Position numbers and translations under genes: made by a program. Below are positions 57,546 through 64,000 of a stretch of 64,000 nt of DNA, piece after piece. The stretch lies in assembly GCF_009914755.1 (NCBI RefSeq), contig NC_060936.1. The stretch is one strand, 5' to 3'. Every line of letters starts with the position of its first letter. The first letter of the stretch is position 1. Origin of the DNA: the human T2T-CHM13v2.0 reference genome, Homo sapiens. The notes below the pieces were generated by a model. The model had not been told where the DNA came from. It did not search any database and was given only the letters and a program-made list of their open reading frames with translations.

Positions 57546-58767
57546 GTAAGTGGCACGTCACCGCCTCCTCTCTGCCGATTCAGGTGTCAGCCTAGACTCC
57601 TCAAACCACCTCCCAATCCCCTCTTTCCATTGCCCAGCAGTAACCTCTGTTAAAGTTTATTGGGTGCTCTGGAAATGGTCTGAGATTCTTACAAGCCTAT
57701 CTGTATCTTTTGTTTTTCCTTTTCTTTTGAAGACTTTGAAGCATACTCTTACATACCCGATTATTTTATCTAAGTGTATATCTTGGCACTTGTTCCATAT
57801 TAGTACACAGCTAGCTCGTTCTTTTTTAGAGTATGCCATTGTACAAATGTTTCATATCCTTTCTCCTCCTTCTGTATCCTAAAAATATGGTAACTGCCTA
57901 CATTTCGGTGGTTACCATTTTTTTTTTTTTTTTGCTAATACAAATAACATTCTGGTGCACATGTATATGAATATGCATAGGGGTATATTCCATGGGTAAA
58001 TTCTGACAGTGGAAGAGTTGGATCAAAGAGCTTGTGCATTTTAAATTTTGATAGCTCTTGTTGGATGGTTCTTGGAAAGGCTGAAACCACAGTCTATGAG
58101 AGTGCTTCTTTCCTCACTCCGCTGCAATGCTGCGTTCTTAACATTTTGGATCACTGTCTCCCTGATAGGTGAAAATAATATCTCATTGTTTTGCATGTCT
58201 TTAATTATGGTGAGTCTGAGCGTATTTTGCATGCTTTACAGACATTTTGTGTTTGTTTTTCTGTGAATTGTCCTTTTGTATCTGGATTTCATTTTTAGTG
58301 AGGTCTCCATCTTTCTCATTGATGTTTAAGAGCTCTTTGCAAATCAAAGAAATTAGCCCTTGGTCTGCCAGTGTTGCAGGTATTTCTCCAAGCTTGTCAT
58401 AAGTCTTGACTTTGCTTACGGTATTTTTTCCACAGAAAAGCTTTACATTTTTCCGTAGTCAAACCTACAAGGCTTTTCTTTTTTATCCTGGGCTTTGTAT
58501 TTCCTACTCCACGATATGAAAGCATTCATTGGAGATGTGGCCCAGTACTTTTGTGGTTTTATTTATTTTTATATCTAAATCTTTGATCTACCTGGAATGT
58601 GGCAGTCCAGATTGTTTTTCTCAGACAGGCGGCCAGTTGTGCCAACGCCATCTTTTGCCACTTAGGTGAAATATGTCTTTTATCATAAACTAAACTTCCA
58701 GGCCAGCTTTGACCTGGCATTGGATGGCAGCCCCAGGCTCCCAGCACTTGTCCTCTCTTCTCTCCAG

Positions 58768-58948
58768 GTGACCGAGAGCGAGCCCAGCGTGATGTGGCTC
58801 TCGGGGCTGCACATCCCTGAGTCCTACCTCACGGCGCTGGTGCAGGCCACCTGCCGGAAGAACGGCTGGCCACTGGACCGCTCCACCTTGTTCACACAAG
58901 TGACCAAGTTCCAGGATGCAGATGAAGTGAATGAGCGGGCGGGACAAG
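58768..58948 (+). CDS. DNAH10: DNAH10 exon (VTESEPSVMWLSGLHIPESYLTALVQ...)
   Basis: ctccag|GTG, G|gtaccg. Confidence 0.93.
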
Positions 58949-59528
58949 GTACCGTCAGCTCGTTAGGGATCCACAGCCTCTCACTTAGGATTTCTCTCCC
59001 TGAACCACCTCCAACTCAAAGGGACAGGCATAGCGTGGGCCTAAATGGGCCAGGCCATGTTTGAAAGCCAGCCTGCTGCAAATATTTCCTGTGTCTCTGC
59101 ACTGCCCATGTCTTAACACCTCTGAGGGTGGATACGGAAGTTTCTCTTCCACTTTCTCCGTTGAGACCTGGGGTCTATGGCAGGGGAGACCTGAACCATG
59201 TTCACTCTGCTAGCTCATGGCAAGTGGGCTCCTAGGTCAGAATTAGCTCTTGCAAAAACCATCAGGTGGCTTTCTTGTAACCCCTGACGGGGCCAGGGGC
59301 ATGGGAGCCACAGAGCAGCATGGACTAACTTGGTTGGAACTCTTTGATTATGCCAGAACTTCAGGTCCCTTAGACATTGGTTACTGACTGTGCAAATGAG
59401 AGCTGGAAACTGCTGTTTCCCCGGGTCCATGTTGTCTTAGAGTTCTTTTAACTGCAAGGAACAAAAGCTCTTTTGAGATGGCTTAAGGACTGGGGACTTA
59501 CGGTAAAGATGCAGGGACTCTCCAGGTC

Positions 59529-60020
59529 TCAGTGGCAGGGGAGGTGGCAGGTGTCCGGGCCACCACTCTCTCTGGGGCCACAGGAGTGTGTTCCTCTCTT
59601 TGCACATCTGCTGGGTCCTCCTCCCCGGAGACCACTTTCTCTGTGAGGCTTCGACTTCCTGCTCCCCAGCCACTTCGGCTCACAGGGTAGCTGGGGTTGC
59701 CATGGTGCCCATTCTGACTCTGGGACCATGCATCTTTCTAGCCTGGGGGCCCAGGGTGGTCTAAGTCCGTGGGCCTTGATGCCCCAGGAATGAGGATTCC
59801 TGGGGGAGAGGCCACCGCCCCACACCCATTTCTCTGGGCCATGGGGCAGGGCCACAGGGTCTCCTGTCTGGGCTGCTCCTCCACAGAGGGAAGGTGGGCA
59901 GGACAGAAATGCTGGAGAAGGGCCTGGGCTGTCCCCAATGCGCTGGGGAGGAGGCCAGCCAGTGGCCTGTGTGTCGCTGTGTGTGCGCCTGATAGAGCCA
60001 CTCCGTGGCAGGCTGTGCAT
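59529..60020 (-). CDS. DNAH10OS: DNAH10OS 163-aa antisense ORF (putative de novo protein), entirely inside a DNAH10 intron
   Basis: ATG ORF with A at -3; MHSLPRSGSIRR...CHLPCH recalled as the annotated DNAH10OS product; translation not provable from sequence. Confidence 0.65.
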   Translation of the reverse strand: MHSLPRSGSIRRTHSDTQATGWPPPQRIGDSPGPSPAFLSCPPSLCGGAAQTGDPVALPHGPEKWVWGGGLSPRNPHSWGIKAHGLRPPWAPRLERCMVPESEWAPWQPQLPCEPKWLGSRKSKPHRESGLRGGGPSRCAKRGTHSCGPRESGGPDTCHLPCH

Positions 60021-60057
60021 GCTCCAGTTGTATCCAGTCTCTGCCTTGTGTCCCTAG

Positions 60058-60203
60058 GATGCTTTGTCTCAGGACTGTACCTGGAAGGTGCTGACTGGGA
60101 TATAGAAAAAGGATGTCTTATCAAGAGCAAACCCAAGGTGCTGGTTGTGGACCTGCCGATCCTGAAGATCATCCCCATTGAAGCCCATCGCCTCAAGCTG
60201 CAG
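60058..60203 (+). CDS. DNAH10: DNAH10 exon (CFVSGLYLEGADWD...LQ)
   Basis: ccctag|GA, CAG|gtgaag; GLYLEGA.WD motif. Confidence 0.94.
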
Positions 60204-60771
60204 GTGAAGGTCCCAGCCCCTCCTCTCTGACACCAGGGCCCTTCCTCTTCTGACTGTAGTTATGGCTGAGGTGGTTTCCAACAGTCCTACTTTTTAAAAC
60301 AGGGGTGCCTAAGCTTTATGGGCTGGGGAGAGTCTTGGAGCCGTGATAAAAGCTACGGATAGCTGCTTCCTGGAAAAGGCGCGGCTGTATGTGTGTGTGG
60401 ATGCCGGTCCTTCCAGAGGTGTCAGGCTCAAGCTGTGATCCTGTGGTCTAGACTAACCAAGGGGAGACTCCCTCCCTTCTTGCAAAATGCTGCAGACATT
60501 GCCTGAGTCATAAAGTGGTTCCCGCTGGTGTGGACAGCAGATGTCTTCTGCTCTGCCTGGGCCAGGACCCACTTTTAACCAGGGTGTCAGTGTGAAGCCA
60601 GGTCCCCGTGAAGCTGGCGGAGGGTGGCCCTGAGCAGCCCCAGCCTTGTGCGTGTTCTCAGGTGCAGTCTTGCACAGGGGCCCCTGCCTGTCAAGACTTA
60701 CACTGCACCTCTGCCTTTATCCCTCTGCACCCTCTCTCCGTGGGGGCATCTCACCTGCCTTTCCCTTGCAG

Positions 60772-60918
60772 AATACTTTCCGGACCCCCGTCTACACCAC
60801 CTCCATGAGAAGGAACGCCATGGGAGTCGGCTTGGTTTTTGAAGCTGATCTCTTTACCACGAGGCACATTTCTCACTGGGTGCTGCAAGGAGTATGCCTC
60901 ACCCTGAATTCTGATTAA
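60772..60918 (+). CDS. DNAH10: DNAH10 last coding exon (NTFRTPVYTT...HWVLQGVCLTLNSD*)
   Basis: ttgcag|AAT; TAA at 60916-60918; typical axonemal dynein C-terminus. Confidence 0.95.
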   Translation, partial: NTFRTPVYTTSMRRNAMGVGLVFEADLFTTRHISHWVLQGVCLTLNSD

Positions 60919-61094
60919 CCTTTGGGTGAAGAAAACTGCTTAATGAATTCGGAGCCTGGGGTTGTCAGAGTGATCGGGTCTGCTGTCATTTCTTGGGGCC
61001 TCTCAAGAGGCAGGAGGGGGACTGACACTGATTTTTCATTTGAAATCAGCCACTTAAATCTCTTTCCATACAAATTAACCTGAATGGTTTTGTT

Positions 61095-61100
61095 TTTAAT
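61095..61100 (-). terminator. Candidate distal CCDC92 poly(A) signal (ATTAAA)
   Basis: tttaat on + strand. Confidence 0.4.
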
Positions 61101-61133
61101 ACTACTTTTTAAAAGGAATTTATATAATCAAAA

Positions 61134-61139
61134 AGTAAA
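61134..61139 (+). terminator. Candidate DNAH10 poly(A) signal (AGTAAA variant)
   Basis: PAS-like hexamer ~215 nt after the stop, followed by GT/T-rich downstream sequence; the first canonical AATAAA seen is at 61820. Confidence 0.5.
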
Positions 61140-61816
61140 TATTGGAGAGTATTTTAAGATGTGTGGAGTTTTCTTTTCCTTCTCAGAGAAAACACTTGAT
61201 TAGGCAAAAGTGCCTGGCATACATAGCATTGGCACAAGTGAGAATCCTAATGTAATTTCCAAAGGTGTGTTTTCGATGATCCAGGTCTGTTTCAGCAGAT
61301 GCTCCTTTTTGGCAAGAAGGGCTGATGATGTCGGGCACAGAGCAGAAGTGACCAGTCACCTGGAGCCACTTCTCCCCCTTCCAGAACTCTCTGGCCCTAG
61401 CTTCTTTGGCTCTGACCTGCTACGGCGACTGTGAAGTTGTTGAGCTTAGTGTTTAGTTCCTGCATGAGCTTCTACCCCCAGCCTGCCTGGGTCTGTGTGG
61501 GGTCAGGTAAGGACACAGAACCTCCAGGACCAGTGGTCACTGGGCACCCCTTCCCTCTGTGCACCATGAGGCTGGCCTGGAGCCCTGGCTGGCCACCTGG
61601 AGGTGAGGGGTGGCTTCACTCCATGAGGGAGGAGAGGGGCTAGCACGGGCAGCACAGTGGGCAGGGGCCATCAGAGGCAAAAGCAGCTTCCCACAGAAGC
61701 TCAGGAGCGCAGCACATTCTAAGGACTAGCTCTGGGCCGGGAGGAGGCCGGAGTCGCTTCTGGGACCTGTGATTGCTCTCCCTCCTGCAGTCTCCTAGCC
61801 CTCCTTCAGGTGTTTG

Positions 61817-61822
61817 TTTAAT
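61817..61822 (-). terminator. Candidate proximal CCDC92 poly(A) signal (ATTAAA)
   Basis: tttaat on + strand, ~670 nt after the CCDC92 stop, preceded in the transcript by U-rich sequence. Confidence 0.55.
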
Positions 61823-62494
61823 AAAAGACACAAAACAGAAGGAAGGCAGGTTTAGAAAATAAAGTTTGTTGGGATCTTAAACATTTTGGATAAAACTAAC
61901 AAAAAAATATGAACACACATTCAGGTTGTGGTGCTATGAGGAGTAGCGTCATCTTATTTAGTTCCTTGAGATACACGCACGGCTGCTCGGTGATCGGTGC
62001 CGCCCTGGGAAAGGTTGGTCAGGAGGTGACAGGGGTCTCCAGGAGGAGCTCGGGAGGTGACAAGGGTCTCCAGGAGGGAGCAGGGGCTGCTCGGCCAGGC
62101 TGCCCTGGAGCTTGAGGATAAGGTCAAGGTTGGTATGTGTTGCTCCGACTTGAGAATGAATTAGGTGTGTGACTGTGTGGCATCGTGAACATCAGTAGTG
62201 ACGCAGCCGTGGCCTGGGCTTTGCCTGCAGCGCACTTAGGTTACACGGAGCGGGATCAGAAGCAAGCGATTCGGCACACAGGCGTTTGGCCACAGCAATT
62301 AGGAAATACATATTCTGCGGCAGGGACACGATCATATTTTGGTGTGAAGAAGAGGGCAAGAGAAGCAGAAGGAGAATGGGTCGGTAGGTGTGAAAAGTGT
62401 TTGGCATGCATGGGATTAAACAGAAAAGGTGTGGCTGAGATTTCCCAGTGGTGCTCACAGTGCATGGACAGCGCGGGGTGGGGCACGGCGGGCT

Positions 62495-63267
62495 TCACAC
62501 AGTTCTGTCCGTCCCTGAGTGCTTCCTCACCACCTTGCCTCCGTTCACCTGGTCGACCGCCAGGGTCTTCACCTCGGGCTGGGCCTGCGGCGGGGTGGCG
62601 TGGTGGATCCGATGTGCCACCCCGACGTGGGCCTTGTGCGGCTTTTCGCGGGCCGGGCTGTGCTGCTCGCCGCTTCGGTCGGAGGCGATGGGGGGGATGA
62701 CGAGGGGCCTCTCTTTGATGAGGTGGACCTCGGCGGACTCCCTAGCCAGCAGAAATGGGGTGGGGTCGGGCATAGCATCCACTGGTTCCCGCAAAAGGAG
62801 TTTCCTGCTCTCTGCCCCGAATCTGTAGACCTCTTCAAATTCCGGGTGCAAGGGGGCTGAGAGGCTCTTTTTCATGCGGCGGCGAGGCGTTTCGGGTAGC
62901 TTGTCTTTGGGGGGCGCTGGCTTGTAGCTGGCCAGCACGGGGCTCCCTGACGGGCTGGCATCTGAGGTCCCGCTGGAGCTCATGAGCTTCTTCTTGGCGG
63001 CGTGCAGCTGGGAGGTCAGGTAGGCGATGGTGCTGGCCCGCTGCTCCAGCTCGCTAGACAGCAGGGTCAGCTTGTGACTCTTGGCCTTCAGCTCCTCCAG
63101 GTACTTCTTCTCTCGCTCCTTGATGGTGTTCTCCAGCACTGTGATCATCGCGTTTTTCTGCTCCAGTTCTTTCAACAACTCAGCATTTTCGTTCTCTTTC
63201 ACTTTCAGTTGGGCTTCCAGCTCTTCACATCTTTTCTTTAATTCACTGCTTTTAGAAGTCCCGTCTC
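62495..63267 (-). CDS. CCDC92: CCDC92 last coding exon (coiled-coil domain-containing 92; DGTSKSSELKKRCEE...HSGTDRTV*)
   Basis: Minus-strand acceptor cttattcttgtag|GA at 63267; 773 nt open to TGA; coiled-coil then Pro/Ser-rich sequence recognised as the CCDC92 C-terminus. Confidence 0.93.
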
Positions 63268-64000
63268 CTACAAGAATAAGCCGAGGAAGCAGGTGAAGAA
63301 CTCATTAGACTGAGGCCGAGTGGTGAGGCCTATGGGGCAGGCGGACCTGTCTGGTGGGGGCCCTGTCTAGGCTGTGGGGGCCATGCAGAAGGCAGGGCTG
63401 TGGGGGCTCTGGAAAGACCCCTCCCCTCCCCGAGGTGGGGAGATCGGGGCATCTCAGAGGCCCTTTCCGGCTCTTAGTTCTCTGGCCTACTGCATAAAAG
63501 AATGTCTCTGAACCTTAAAGATGCTGAACTTAAAACAGGCAATTGCAGAGTATCAGACCTCAGCAAACACTTAGGATTCAACTGGCCGCAAATCCCTCTG
63601 TCTGCTCAGATGGCATTTATGGAATGCCTGCTACATTCAAAGTACTGTTTTGAAACTCAAATGTAAAAAGAATTATCCATGTCTATTGAATTAAAATTCT
63701 GATGTTTAGAGGAGAAGAGGTGTGGGGCTGTCACCTTTGCTCTGCCGCTGGCCGCCTCTCTCACCCCCCTACCCCCGTCTCTCTCACACACACACACACA
63801 CAGACTCTTTCCCACTTCCTGCTCAGAGAGTGAGCTGTCTCGCCTCTGTGGCTCTTACCCTTGGTCCCTCCCTGCCCCTGCCCTAACACTTCGGGCCTCT
63901 GCCTCCTTTTGCTGTCCCTGGGTGCCTGCCCTCACCCAGTCCTTCAGCAAACACCAGCCACCTCCTTCTCCTGCTCTTCTGGTGACCTGCAGTCCCTGGT

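Noticed and set aside
62256-62498. 80-aa minus-strand ORF overlapping the CCDC92 stop
   Set aside because: GTG start, short, in the 3'UTR, no recognisable similarity.
62480-63150. CpG-rich stretch as a promoter island
   Set aside because: It coincides with the CCDC92 coding exon and is explained by codon composition; no promoter evidence from sequence alone.

Overview
Human (or near-identical great-ape) genomic DNA from the DNAH10/CCDC92 locus (12q24.31 by recall). The + strand carries the last 32 coding exons of the axonemal dynein heavy chain DNAH10 (856..60918). Hand-splicing at GT-AG sites gives one uninterrupted frame of 5571 nt (1856 aa + TAA) covering the AAA3 lid, AAA4, stalk/microtubule-binding domain, AAA5, AAA6 and C-terminal domain. 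The - strand carries the last coding exon and 3'UTR of CCDC92 (tail-to-tail with DNAH10) and the intronic 163-aa DNAH10OS ORF. Introns are dense with Alu, L1, L2, MIR, MaLR/ERVL LTRs and hAT/Tigger MITEs. The most unusual element is a ~3.56 kb G-tract minisatellite, (G5-11 TCTGTCCT)n at 34392..37954. It grew from a ~14-bp seed inside a MER20 transposon, has internal higher-order duplications, and its G-rich strand is the DNAH10 sense strand. Other points: an L1 insertion with a 24-bp target-site duplication at a splice acceptor, an exact duplicate of a splice donor, a perfect hairpin in DNAH10OS, and overlapping convergent poly(A) signals. No prokaryotic-type systems (CRISPR etc.), tRNA or rRNA were seen. 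Repeat family names and repeat boundaries come from recalled consensus sequences and are approximate.
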